A stretch of 64,000 nt of DNA from Eubacteriales bacterium. Lineage in GTDB: Bacteria; Bacillota; Clostridia; Oscillospirales; CAG-272. The translations under genes and the position numbers were made by a program. The notes below the pieces were generated by a model. That model did no database searches. It was not told the origin of the DNA and saw only the letters and a list, made by a program, of their open reading frames with translations. This document shows, in pieces, positions 40,075 to 48,592 of the stretch (position 1 is the stretch's first letter; each line of letters opens with the position of its first letter). The stretch is from assembly GCA_045655565.1 (NCBI GenBank), contig JAZOPN010000054.1:5875-69874 (forward strand), written 5' to 3'.

Positions 40075-41466
40075 CTATCGCTTAATTTCCTTTGCTATAA
40101 TCATAATATCGCGCTCATAACCGTTCTTTGTCCTCATCGAGACATCAACCTTATCGAGTGATGCTATAACCGTGGTGTGGTCTCTGCCGAAGATACCGCC
40201 TATCTCCTTAAGGGTTAATTCTGTATTCTGCTTGATGAAGTAAATAGCCACATGTCTTGCGCCTGCTATCGTCTCTGTACGCTTCTTAGACTTCAGGTCC
40301 TCGACAGATATGCCAAAGTGCTTACTAACCGCGTGAATTATACGCTCAACCATGGCATCGGTTGGGATATTACCCGGGTCGACAACCGAGATAACCTCGT
40401 CGATACGCTCCTTTGTAACATCCGAGCTTGTGAATGAGCATATCGCGTACAGTTTTTTTAAGACGCCCTCAATCTGCCTTATGTTGTTACAGAGAACTCT
40501 ACCCATATACTCTATAAGCTCCTGTGGGATAGAGAGGCCGAGGTCGTCCGCTTTTTTCTTAATAATAGCAATTCTAAGCTCGTAATTTGGTGGCTGTACA
40601 TCCGCGATAAGTCCACCCTCAAATCTTGTGAGTAGCCTGTCCGAGAGCGGCTTAATCTCCTTTGGTGGACGGTCAGAGGTGAGGATAATCTGCTTGTTAT
40701 GCTCATAGAGCACCGAGAATGTATGGAAGAACTCCTCCTGTGTACCCTCCTTACCCGCTAGAAATTGTATATCGTCTATAAGCAGAACATCGCACTCTCT
40801 GTACTTTTCCTTAAACGGCGTGATAAGTCCTGTCTTAATAGCGTCGACCAGCTCCTCAAGGAATGTCTCGCACTTCTTATATACTATCCTAAGGTTAGGA
40901 TGGTTTTTCTTCATATAGTTAATAACCGCGTAGAGTAAGTGTGTCTTACCAAGTCCCGAGTTACCGTAGATGAATAGGGGGTTGTAATATGTAGGCTCCT
41001 TTGCAACCGCCATACACGCCGCCTTTGCAAAGTTGTTGGTCGTACCTACAACGAAGTTATCAAAGGTGTATGCATCGAGTAGTGAAGGTCTATCCGATTT
41101 ACCCGAGATGAACTCGGCAATAATTTCTTCCTTATCATCATCATCGCGAGAGGTTGGGAGTGGGCGAGGAATATCGTCCTCCTCTGGTGGAATACCCTCT
41201 GTCATACTTAGTTCCTCGAGGGCGTAAATATCAATCTTCGTCGGGAAGCCGACAACATCTTCGAGAGCGTCCTTGATAGAGTCGATATATTTTGTTGTAA
41301 GTATCTTTTTCTTAAGCTTGTTAGGAGTTGAGAAAACCGCTCTCGTCTCTGAAAACTCGATAAGATTAAAGTTATCAAACCAGAGCCTAAAGGTTGAGGG
41401 GGCAACTCCGAGCCTGTGTTCAAGATTTTCTAAAAATGCATTTGAAATGCCGGATAACTCGTCCAT
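40075..41466 (-). CDS. dnaA: Chromosomal replication initiator DnaA
   Basis: AAA+ Walker A GNSGLGKTHL, Walker B LLIDDIQF, C-terminal DnaA signature ..ARHVAIYF... 463 aa. Confidence 0.97.
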   Translation of the reverse strand: MDELSGISNAFLENLEHRLGVAPSTFRLWFDNFNLIEFSETRAVFSTPNKLKKKILTTKYIDSIKDALEDVVGFPTKIDIYALEELSMTEGIPPEEDDIPRPLPTSRDDDDKEEIIAEFISGKSDRPSLLDAYTFDNFVVGTTNNFAKAACMAVAKEPTYYNPLFIYGNSGLGKTHLLYAVINYMKKNHPNLRIVYKKCETFLEELVDAIKTGLITPFKEKYRECDVLLIDDIQFLAGKEGTQEEFFHTFSVLYEHNKQIILTSDRPPKEIKPLSDRLLTRFEGGLIADVQPPNYELRIAIIKKKADDLGLSIPQELIEYMGRVLCNNIRQIEGVLKKLYAICSFTSSDVTKERIDEVISVVDPGNIPTDAMVERIIHAVSKHFGISVEDLKSKKRTETIAGARHVAIYFIKQNTELTLKEIGGIFGRDHTTVIASLDKVDVSMRTKNGYERDIMIIAKEIKR

Positions 41467-41597
41467 GCTGTACTTCCTTTCTAAAGGTCATCTAGGGTCT
41501 TACTAGAGGGAAAAAGTCCACATAAAAATGGGATAAAAAACACCTGTTATGCTTCGCACGCCCGCCCGTGTGCGCATAAATATAAATAGTTACCAAC

Positions 41598-41626
41598 ATT
41601 ATAACATATAAAATAAAATAAAGCAA
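41598..41626 (-). promoter_or_regulatory. Candidate dnaA promoter
   Basis: Minus strand TTGCTT-17 nt-TATAAT with TG extension (TGTTATAAT), ~130 nt upstream of the ATG. Confidence 0.5.
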
Positions 41627-41678
41627 TAGGATGATGGAAAAAATGTAAATAAAAATTTGCTAGAAAAATGCGCCATTA

Positions 41679-41705
41679 GGGCTAGCATTCTTTGCACGCT
41701 AGCCC
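41679..41705 (-). terminator. Hairpin downstream of the spoVA operon
   Basis: GGGCTAGC-N11-GCTAGCCC perfect 8-bp stem. The U-tract on the minus strand is distant, so terminator function is uncertain. Confidence 0.4.
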
Positions 41706-41888
41706 CAGAACTCAAACTTGGCGTGTTATTACGCGCTATCACCCCTACGGTATCTACTCGCGTTTGCGCTAGCAAACATAGACGCTCGCGGGCTCACTAT
41801 TCCGTCGCTTCGCTCATTACGCGCTCGCACTGCGAGCAAAATATATCGCGCTTGGCACAATACAAGCATATTGCTAAAGTCACAGATT

Positions 41889-42278
41889 TTACTTTTTCCC
41901 CATTCTCTTTGCCCTACCGCGAGCGAATACCGAGAACAGAAGCCCTAGGACGATGGCGGTTGTTATTCCGCCTGCAGTGGCGGTAAGACCACCGGTTAGA
42001 ATACCTATCGCGCCGTCTTTCATTATTGCTTCATTGACACCCTTAGCAACAGTAGCACCAAAGCCTAAAAGAGGTACAGAAACACCGCACCCAAACATCT
42101 CAAATAGTGGCTCATACGCCCCGACACCATAGAGAAAGACACCAAAAACAACAAGAGATACAAGTATTCTCGCCGGTGTTAGTTTGGTTTTATCTATAAA
42201 TATCTGTATAATGGTACAAATAATACCGCCCATAAAGCCGGCAAGCAATATTTTCTCTAGAATAGCGAAATCAAACAT
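41889..42278 (-). CDS. spoVAE: Stage V sporulation protein AE (SpoVAEB-like)
   Basis: 129 aa membrane protein of the SpoVAC/SpoVAEB pattern (..GFGATVAKGV..GILTGGLTATAGGI..), last gene of a spoVAC-AD-AE triplet. Confidence 0.85.
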   Translation of the reverse strand: MFDFAILEKILLAGFMGGIICTIIQIFIDKTKLTPARILVSLVVFGVFLYGVGAYEPLFEMFGCGVSVPLLGFGATVAKGVNEAIMKDGAIGILTGGLTATAGGITTAIVLGLLFSVFARGRAKRMGKK

Positions 42279-43317
42279 TTTTTACCTCCCTTGCGTGCAG
42301 GTGAATGGCTGGCGCGACGCCCCTGATTGTATTGCCCTGGAGTACAGAGGACTGCGACATAAGCGCACCTGTCGATAAAAATAGAATATCGCGTAGCTCT
42401 CCCGACTCAAGAAGAGGTAAGAAATGCGCGGCGAGAACAGATGCCGATGTGCCGCAGCCGGATGCCCCGGCATGGACATCCTTTTTTTGCATATCATAGA
42501 GTAAAAGACCACAGTCCTGATGCCTTGGTGCTGCGCTCGGTAGCTTCTCGGTTAGTATTTCTCTTAGGATATTCGAGCCTACAATACCAAGGTCACCCGT
42601 CACAATAAGGTCAAATTTCGATGGTGGAATATCGCTTTGTGCAAAGTATGATATTATACTGTCCGCCGCTGCAAACGCCATAGCGGCACCCATGTTTGAG
42701 GCGTCAGAGGTCGCACCGTCTATCATTCGCCCTACAAGGAAATCCTTGACCTCGGCATAATACTTCATCTCGTTCTTTCTTATAGGTGGAAATGCACCGG
42801 GTGCTGACAGGAGAAATGCTCCTGCCGCTGTGGCAGTCCACTGCGCTGTCGGAGTGCGCTGTGCGCCATACTCTGTCGGTGAGCGAAACTGTCTCTCTGC
42901 CGCGAGGTTGTGAGAGGTGGTAACAGTGGCAACCAACTTATATGTGCCACCCTTTAGCATTGCAGAGGATAATAGAATTGCCACTGTGCAGGTGGAGCAG
43001 GCACCATATACACCAAGTGTCGGTATGCCAAAGGAGTCAAGCCCGAGGTATGATGCTACACATTGGTTTTGCAGGTCTCCTGCGATAAGCAGGTCTATAT
43101 CCTCGTGAGATATATTATTCTTCTGCATCGCGATGTTGAGGGCAATTCTGCCCATCTCAGCCTCCGACATCTCCCAGGTATTTTTGCCGAAGCGGTCGGT
43201 CATATCCGTAAAGTCAAATCTATCACCGAGGGGGCCACCCCTCTCCTCATATCCACCAACAGCAGAATAATTTAGGAAGATAGGGGGCGTGTCGAGTTTT
43301 ACTATTCTTTTCTCCAT
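42271..43317 (-). CDS. spoVAD: Stage V sporulation protein AD (thiolase-like)
   Basis: 348 aa. ..YSAVGGYEERGGPLG..AGDLQNQC..GACSTC.. matches the SpoVAD pattern. Confidence 0.9.
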   Translation of the reverse strand: MEKRIVKLDTPPIFLNYSAVGGYEERGGPLGDRFDFTDMTDRFGKNTWEMSEAEMGRIALNIAMQKNNISHEDIDLLIAGDLQNQCVASYLGLDSFGIPTLGVYGACSTCTVAILLSSAMLKGGTYKLVATVTTSHNLAAERQFRSPTEYGAQRTPTAQWTATAAGAFLLSAPGAFPPIRKNEMKYYAEVKDFLVGRMIDGATSDASNMGAAMAFAAADSIISYFAQSDIPPSKFDLIVTGDLGIVGSNILREILTEKLPSAAPRHQDCGLLLYDMQKKDVHAGASGCGTSASVLAAHFLPLLESGELRDILFLSTGALMSQSSVLQGNTIRGVAPAIHLHAREVKNV

Positions 43318-43354
43318 ATTTTTTATTCCTATTACTTATAAATATAAACTATTG

Positions 43355-43828
43355 TTAGAATATTGGTAGGTTTGACATCTTGATAATTTCTCCGGCTAGG
43401 TAGTATATTACACCATATATAACCCCTGCTGTGATACCGTAGAGTATAACAGGGCCTGCTACCGTGAATATCTTAGCACCTACACCTAGTATGAAGCCCT
43501 CACTCTTAGCATCCATCGCCTGGCTTGTTACCGCGTTAGAGAAGCCTGTAATTGGTACGAGTGTACCCGCCCCTGCGCGCTTTGCTATCACATCAAATAC
43601 GCCAATAAAGGTGAGAAGTGATGCGAGAAATACTAAGATAAGAGATACTAAAGGTGTAGCGTCACCCTTATCGACACCGAAATATAATAGCAACTGTCTA
43701 ATAGCCTCACCTATCAAGCATATTATCCCACCAAATAAAAACGCAAAGAAGCAATCCTTTAGTATAGGTGACTTTGGCGAGTGTTTTTTTATGAGTTCTT
43801 CCTTGCCATCCTTTGTGTATATATCCAT
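43355..43828 (-). CDS. spoVAC: Stage V sporulation protein AC
   Basis: Membrane protein ..PILKDCFFAFLFGGIICLIGE..TGFSNAV.. Start placed at ATG 43828 (SD GGGGGT). Confidence 0.85.
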   Translation of the reverse strand: MDIYTKDGKEELIKKHSPKSPILKDCFFAFLFGGIICLIGEAIRQLLLYFGVDKGDATPLVSLILVFLASLLTFIGVFDVIAKRAGAGTLVPITGFSNAVTSQAMDAKSEGFILGVGAKIFTVAGPVILYGITAGVIYGVIYYLAGEIIKMSNLPIF

Positions 43829-43922
43829 TTTTACCCCCAACATATTGGTTTGTTATTTCTTATCATAGACTTTTTACTATATCTAGATTGTCACGCTCTG
43901 TTGATTTTATTCCTTTTATGAC

Positions 43923-43951
43923 TTGATTTTTTATGACATATGTGCTAAAAT
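43923..43951 (+). promoter_or_regulatory. Sigma-A-like promoter with overlapping palindrome
   Basis: TTGATT-17 nt-TAAAAT with TG extension (TGCTAAAAT). The palindrome AAATGTCT-TT-AGACATTT (43948-43965) overlaps the -10/start region. Confidence 0.5.
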
Positions 43952-44005
43952 GTCTTTAGACATTTTTGGATTACCCTAAATAATAATTATTGTTGGAGGT
44001 AAAAG

Positions 44006-44380
44006 GTGAGCACAGAATATGAAGATATTACCGCACCCGAGGCGGATGATACTGTTGTTGATATAAACGACACCGCGCCTATGGAAGATAAAGCCCCTGC
44101 GGACGAATATTATGCAATACCTAAGGCAACCAAGATATGCTCAATACTCTCGCTTATTTCTGCGGTGCTGGCTGTTTTACTCTGTCCTATCTACTATGTC
44201 GGTATCGCTCTGGGATTTCTCGCGATAGTGCTAGCGGTAGTGTCATCCATGCGACTTGGCTACTTTGATAGTCTGTCGGTCGTAGGGCTTATAATAGGAA
44301 TTTTCGGACTTATTTTCTCTGTTTTCGTACTTATCCTTGACCTTACAGGAGTGCTTGCGCTTTTCTTTGGAATTGTGTAG
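44006..44380 (+). CDS. Hypothetical membrane protein (acidic N-terminus, 2-3 TM helices)
   Basis: GTG start after GGAGGTAAAAG. 124 aa. No confident family call. Confidence 0.6.
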   Translation: MSTEYEDITAPEADDTVVDINDTAPMEDKAPADEYYAIPKATKICSILSLISAVLAVLLCPIYYVGIALGFLAIVLAVVSSMRLGYFDSLSVVGLIIGIFGLIFSVFVLILDLTGVLALFFGIV

Positions 44381-44605
44381 GGCTGTGGTATTTTGGAATA
44401 ATCGAACAAAAACACCGAGGTATTGTGATATAATCCCTTTAGAGTAGACACTCGAAAAACGAAAAAATATCGAGACTGCACTAAAGGGGGATATCATTGT
44501 TTATAAAGTGCCTTGGTGCTATTTTTTGTATTACCCTAAAGGATTAAGGTTCAAAAGCCTCGGGGTTTTCTTTTTTATATTATTTGATTTGTGGCGCGTA
44601 ATATC

Positions 44606-44634
44606 TTGACTAAGAGGCTAAAGTGTGGTAAAAT
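44606..44634 (+). promoter_or_regulatory. Sigma-A-like promoter for alaS
   Basis: TTGACT-17 nt-TAAAAT with TG extension (TGGTAAAAT), ~38 nt upstream of the ATG at 44672. This leaves no room for a T-box leader. Confidence 0.6.
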
Positions 44635-44671
44635 ATTTTGTAAAAATAGAGATTCTACTAGGAGAAATAAC

Positions 44672-47284
44672 ATGAAATGGACTTCACTTAATGACTTGAG
44701 AGAGAGCTTTTTGTCTTTCTTTGAGAGCAAGGGGCATATAAGACTTCCCTCTTTCCCTCTCGTTCCTCAGGGAGATAAGTCACTTCTTCTTATAAACTCA
44801 GGTATGGCACCTATGAAGAAATTCTTCACAGGCGAGGATAAGCCTCCAAGAAACAGAGTCTGTACCTGTCAGAAGTGTATTAGAACGCCCGACCTAGAGC
44901 GCGTCGGACACACTGCAAGACACGGCACATACTTCGAGATGCTCGGTAACTTCTCGTTTGGTGACTACTTCAAGGATGAGGCTATTCCCTTTGCCTGGGA
45001 GTTCCTAACCGAAACCCTTGAGATACCTGCTGACCTTCTCTGGCCGAGTATATATGAAGAGGACGAGGAAGCGTATGCTATCTGGCGCGATAAGATAGGA
45101 GTACCGGAGGCGCATATAGTAAGGCTTGGCAAGGCGGACAACTTCTGGGAGCACGGCTCCGGCCCCTGTGGCCCCTGCTCGGAGATATACTTCGACCGCG
45201 GTGAGAAGTACGGCTGTGGATCTCCCGACTGTAAGCCTGGGTGTGATTGCGACAGATTTATGGAGATATGGAACAATGTATTCTCCCAGTTTAATAATGA
45301 CGGTAACGGCAATTACACCGAGCTTTCACAGAAAAACATTGACACGGGTATGGGTCTTGAGCGTCTTGCCTGTGTTATGCAGGGGGTAGACAACCTCTTC
45401 GAGGTAGATACCGTAAGAAAGATACTTAATACAGTATGCGAGATAGCTGGCAAGACCTACGGTGCTGACAAGGATGACGATGTTTCTATCCGTGTTATCA
45501 CCGACCACACAAGAAGTGCGACCTTTATGATTTCGGATGGAGTTATCCCGTCCAACGAGGGTCGCGGCTATGTTCTTCGCCGTATTATCCGTCGCGCCTG
45601 CCGTCACGGTAAGTTGCTGGGTATTGATGGCGTATTCCTTGAGGGACTTGTAAAGGTATGTATTGGCGAGAATGAGGGTGCATATCCCGAGCTTAGGGAA
45701 AAGTATGACTATATTCTAAAGGTTGTAAATCTTGAGGAAGCGCGCTTCGGTGCTACTATTGATGCCGGTCTTGGCATTCTCTCAGGTATGATTGAGAGTT
45801 CTACCACGGGTGGCGTCAAGATACTCTCGGGTGCTGATGTATTCAAGCTCTATGACACATTCGGCTTCCCTGTTGACCTCACACGCGAGATTGCTGAGGA
45901 GGCAGGACTTAAGATAGATGAGGATGGCTTCACTGCCCTTATGACCGAGCAGAAGACACGCGCACGCGCTGCAAGAGGTAATATTTCGGGCTGGTCGGAT
46001 AGCTCTCGCTCGGTAATCGAGGGGCTTTCTAGTACCGAGTTTGTCGGCTATACCACGCTTACCTCACCAGCGAAGCTTATATCCATTATCAAGGATGGTG
46101 AAGCGGTCACCGAGATTAGCGAGGGTGAGTGCTCTCTTATCTTTGATAAGACACCGTTCTATGGCGAGGGTGGCGGCCAGGTAGGTGACACAGGTCTTGT
46201 GTCCGGTAAGGCTTCTGCAACCGTCATCGACACACGCAAGATTGGCGGCGTATATATCCACGAGGTGGTAGTTGAGGATGGTATCTTCAAGGTCGGTGAG
46301 GAGTACACACTATCTGTTGACACTCTTCGTCGCGCGGCTATCCGTCGCAACCATTCCTCGGCACATCTTCTTCAGGCGGCACTTCGCGAGGTGCTCGGCA
46401 CTCACGTAGAGCAGGCAGGCTCTTATGTTGATAGTGACAGAGTACGCTTTGACTTCACTCACTTAGCACCAATGACGCGCGAGGAGCTATCCCGTGTCGA
46501 GAATATCGTCAATATGCATATACTTTCAGCCGAGGCGTCCGAAACTGTAGAGTGCGATATCGCGACCGCAAGAGGTATGGGTGCTATGGCGCTGTTTGGC
46601 GAGAAGTACGGCGATGTAGTAAGGGTTGTCAAGATTGGCGTATCATCTACCGAGCTTTGCGGTGGTACTCACGTAGCGAATACAGGCGAGATTGGTCTGT
46701 TTAGAATTATATCCGAAAGCTCTGTTGCGGCTGGTGTACGCCGTATCGAGGGTACGACAGGACTTGGTGTGCTTGAACTTCTTAGTGAGCGTGAGGAGCT
46801 TATCGCAGACTGCGCAAAGGAGCTTAAGTCGGCTGGAACACACGGCATTGTAGAGAAGGCGCACTCGCTCCAGGGCGAGATTAAGGAGCTTCGTCGCGAG
46901 CTAGAGAGCGCGAATGCGAAGATTTCCGAGATGCAGGCGGCAAGGCTTCTTGATAATATCGAAGAGATAGGCGCATACCGTGTGCTCGTGGCTAAGCTCG
47001 ATATGAAGCCTGACGCCGCTCGTACACTCACCGATACATTTAAGGCTAAGTATTCGAATGGCGTTATCGTTATCGCGGCACAGCAGGGCGAAAAATTCAA
47101 CCTTGTTGCAGCAGCAGGTGCTGATGCGGTTAAGTCAGGTGCTCACGCAGGCAAGATTGTTGGAGAGATTGCCGCAATCTGCGGCGGTAAGGGCGGTGGC
47201 CGTCCCGACAGCGCAATGGCAGGCGGTAAGGACGTATCGAAGATTGATGAGGCTCTCGCAAGAGTTAAGGCAATCTTGGCATAA
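44672..47284 (+). CDS. alaS: Alanine--tRNA ligase
   Basis: MKWTSLNDLRESFLSFFESKGH.. canonical AlaRS N-terminus after AGGAG. HxxxH/CxxxH editing-domain motifs and C-terminal DHHA1-like part. The track ORF start at 44591 is an upstream extension without SD. Confidence 0.95.
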   Translation: MKWTSLNDLRESFLSFFESKGHIRLPSFPLVPQGDKSLLLINSGMAPMKKFFTGEDKPPRNRVCTCQKCIRTPDLERVGHTARHGTYFEMLGNFSFGDYFKDEAIPFAWEFLTETLEIPADLLWPSIYEEDEEAYAIWRDKIGVPEAHIVRLGKADNFWEHGSGPCGPCSEIYFDRGEKYGCGSPDCKPGCDCDRFMEIWNNVFSQFNNDGNGNYTELSQKNIDTGMGLERLACVMQGVDNLFEVDTVRKILNTVCEIAGKTYGADKDDDVSIRVITDHTRSATFMISDGVIPSNEGRGYVLRRIIRRACRHGKLLGIDGVFLEGLVKVCIGENEGAYPELREKYDYILKVVNLEEARFGATIDAGLGILSGMIESSTTGGVKILSGADVFKLYDTFGFPVDLTREIAEEAGLKIDEDGFTALMTEQKTRARAARGNISGWSDSSRSVIEGLSSTEFVGYTTLTSPAKLISIIKDGEAVTEISEGECSLIFDKTPFYGEGGGQVGDTGLVSGKASATVIDTRKIGGVYIHEVVVEDGIFKVGEEYTLSVDTLRRAAIRRNHSSAHLLQAALREVLGTHVEQAGSYVDSDRVRFDFTHLAPMTREELSRVENIVNMHILSAEASETVECDIATARGMGAMALFGEKYGDVVRVVKIGVSSTELCGGTHVANTGEIGLFRIISESSVAAGVRRIEGTTGLGVLELLSEREELIADCAKELKSAGTHGIVEKAHSLQGEIKELRRELESANAKISEMQAARLLDNIEEIGAYRVLVAKLDMKPDAARTLTDTFKAKYSNGVIVIAAQQGEKFNLVAAAGADAVKSGAHAGKIVGEIAAICGGKGGGRPDSAMAGGKDVSKIDEALARVKAILA

Positions 47285-47415
47285 GGGTGTCGGGTTCGCT
47301 TGTTGGCTAAGCCTACGAGATGTCTAAAACATATCAAGGGCAAAGCCAAATGAAGTACGCTACAAATAGCGTCTTTAAGACAAGAAATCTTCGACTGTCC
47401 TCTTTTAAGAAAGAA

Positions 47416-47451
47416 ATAAAAAGCATTCAGCCTCCCCAAGTGGGAGGCTGA
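47416..47451. terminator. Strong hairpin downstream of alaS
   Basis: TCAGCCTCCC-N5-GGGAGGCTGA 10-bp stem. The T-run is on the minus-strand side (AAAAA upstream on +), so its orientation fits a minus-strand terminator better. Confidence 0.55.
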
Positions 47452-47571
47452 AAACAATATATCACAAAATGGTATATACCCTAGAGGTTACCCGTTCTCT
47501 ATATAATTAAATGCGATAAGGTGATATATGAAGCGACACTATGTCGACGGCGTACCCAAAAACTATAAAAT

Positions 47572-47629
47572 AAAAGCCTATATCTCGACTAAGGTGTGTA
47601 CCCGTGTCAAAATATAGGCTTTTTTATAT
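47572..47629. repeat. 58-bp direct repeat, copy 1 (hairpin terminator)
   Basis: AAAAGCCTATATCTCGACTAAGGTGTGTACCCGTGTCAAAATATAGGCTTTTTTATAT is identical to 48476-48533. Internal stem AAGCCTATAT/ATATAGGCTT. It contains the stop codon of the SLOG gene. Confidence 0.9.
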
Positions 47630-48076
47630 ATCATAAATCGGAGCGTTTATCAATATAACTTCTTTCTTTCTCTGTTTAGCATATCTATAAGTCTTGTACG
47701 CACCACCCCAGCTGTGAGTAATATAGCATAACACACAATCTGCTTTGTCAACCATATATCTGTTACGGTGCACTATTGCATACTTAGCAGGAACAGCCTC
47801 AATAGGTGGATAAAGTATTATATCATACTTTTCTTCAAGTTCTTTATTATTTTCTATTGTAAGAGGATATGGAGTGACAAAACAAAGAGATATGCCTTGA
47901 TGCGTTTTTTTGTATTCTTTTGCACAAGAGTATGCAAATTCGTCAAATAAACCATATCCGCCTAAAAGAATATCTGCATTATTATTACCAACCCTCTTTT
48001 CCAAAAACTCCAAAACAAAATCCCTGTATTGTTTTTCGTGGTAAAAATCAGCGTGACCGCAAAAAGTAATTATCAT
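47624..48076 (-). CDS. SLOG-superfamily (YpsA/DUF1273-like) protein
   Basis: 150 aa. MIITFCGH..ADILLGGYGLFDEFAYSCA..VHRNRYMVDKADCVLCY..SWGGAYKTYRYAKQ follows the Rossmann-like SLOG layout (GG.G.D..A ... RN ... GG). Recalled similarity only. Confidence 0.6.
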   Translation of the reverse strand: MIITFCGHADFYHEKQYRDFVLEFLEKRVGNNNADILLGGYGLFDEFAYSCAKEYKKTHQGISLCFVTPYPLTIENNKELEEKYDIILYPPIEAVPAKYAIVHRNRYMVDKADCVLCYITHSWGGAYKTYRYAKQRKKEVILINAPIYDI

Positions 48077-48088
48077 ATTACCCCCTTG

Positions 48089-48158
48089 AGAAGGCGTGCC
48101 TACATATTATAACACAAGAAAATATAAAAATCAAGAAAAATATGTAGGCACACCTTCT
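48089..48158. promoter_or_regulatory. 20-bp inverted repeat in the divergent SLOG/XRE promoter region
   Basis: AGAAGGCGTGCCTACATATT (48089-48108) and AATATGTAGGCACACCTTCT (48139-48158) match as inverted repeats at 19 of 20 positions, with a 30-bp AT-rich spacer. Confidence 0.6.
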
Positions 48159-48228
48159 TATTATTTTAATCTATTATTGCTAAAATATTAATAAGTAGGT
48201 AAGCCTGCATAAAATAGGGGGTGTAAGG

Positions 48229-48477
48229 ATGACTGTAAATGATGCGGTGGCGAAGCGCGTATTAGAGCTATTAAAACAGAATAATATGTCGCAGTATCGC
48301 CTGGAGCAGCTTTCAGGAATACAACACGGCAGTATGCAGTGCATTATGAATGGAAGAAATAAGACGGTAACTCTTAACACTATACTCCTGCTTTCTATGG
48401 GGTTTGGCATTACTCCGTCAGACTTTCTTGATAGCGAGCTGTTTTCGGTAGATAAATTTGACATAATAAATAATTAA
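48229..48477 (+). CDS. XRE-family HTH regulator (82 aa)
   Basis: ..LLKQNNMSQYRLEQLSGIQHGSMQCIMNGRNKTVTLNTILLLSMGFGITPSDFL. SD GGGGGTGTAAGG. Its stop abuts repeat copy 2. Confidence 0.75.
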   Translation: MTVNDAVAKRVLELLKQNNMSQYRLEQLSGIQHGSMQCIMNGRNKTVTLNTILLLSMGFGITPSDFLDSELFSVDKFDIINN

Positions 48478-48533
48478 AAGCCTATATCTCGACTAAGGTG
48501 TGTACCCGTGTCAAAATATAGGCTTTTTTATAT
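48476..48533. repeat. 58-bp direct repeat, copy 2 (hairpin terminator)
   Basis: Identical to 47572-47629 and in the same orientation. Confidence 0.9.
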
Positions 48534-48592
48534 GTAGATGTGTTTTGGTAAATAGAGTATTTTCCTAACGACAATTTGCAGAAGCCGGCATC

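Noticed and set aside
41657-41986. 109-aa and 76-aa plus-strand ORFs between dnaA and spoVAE as real genes (or a displaced rpmH).
   Set aside because: There is no SD, the two overlap each other and run antisense into spoVAE, and the composition is Arg/Ser/Leu-rich. Nothing resembles ribosomal protein L34.
44381-44671. T-box riboswitch expected upstream of alaS.
   Set aside because: I found no T-box motif (AGGGTGGTACCGCG-like), no specifier-loop/K-turn layout, and a near-consensus promoter only 38 nt from the start codon.
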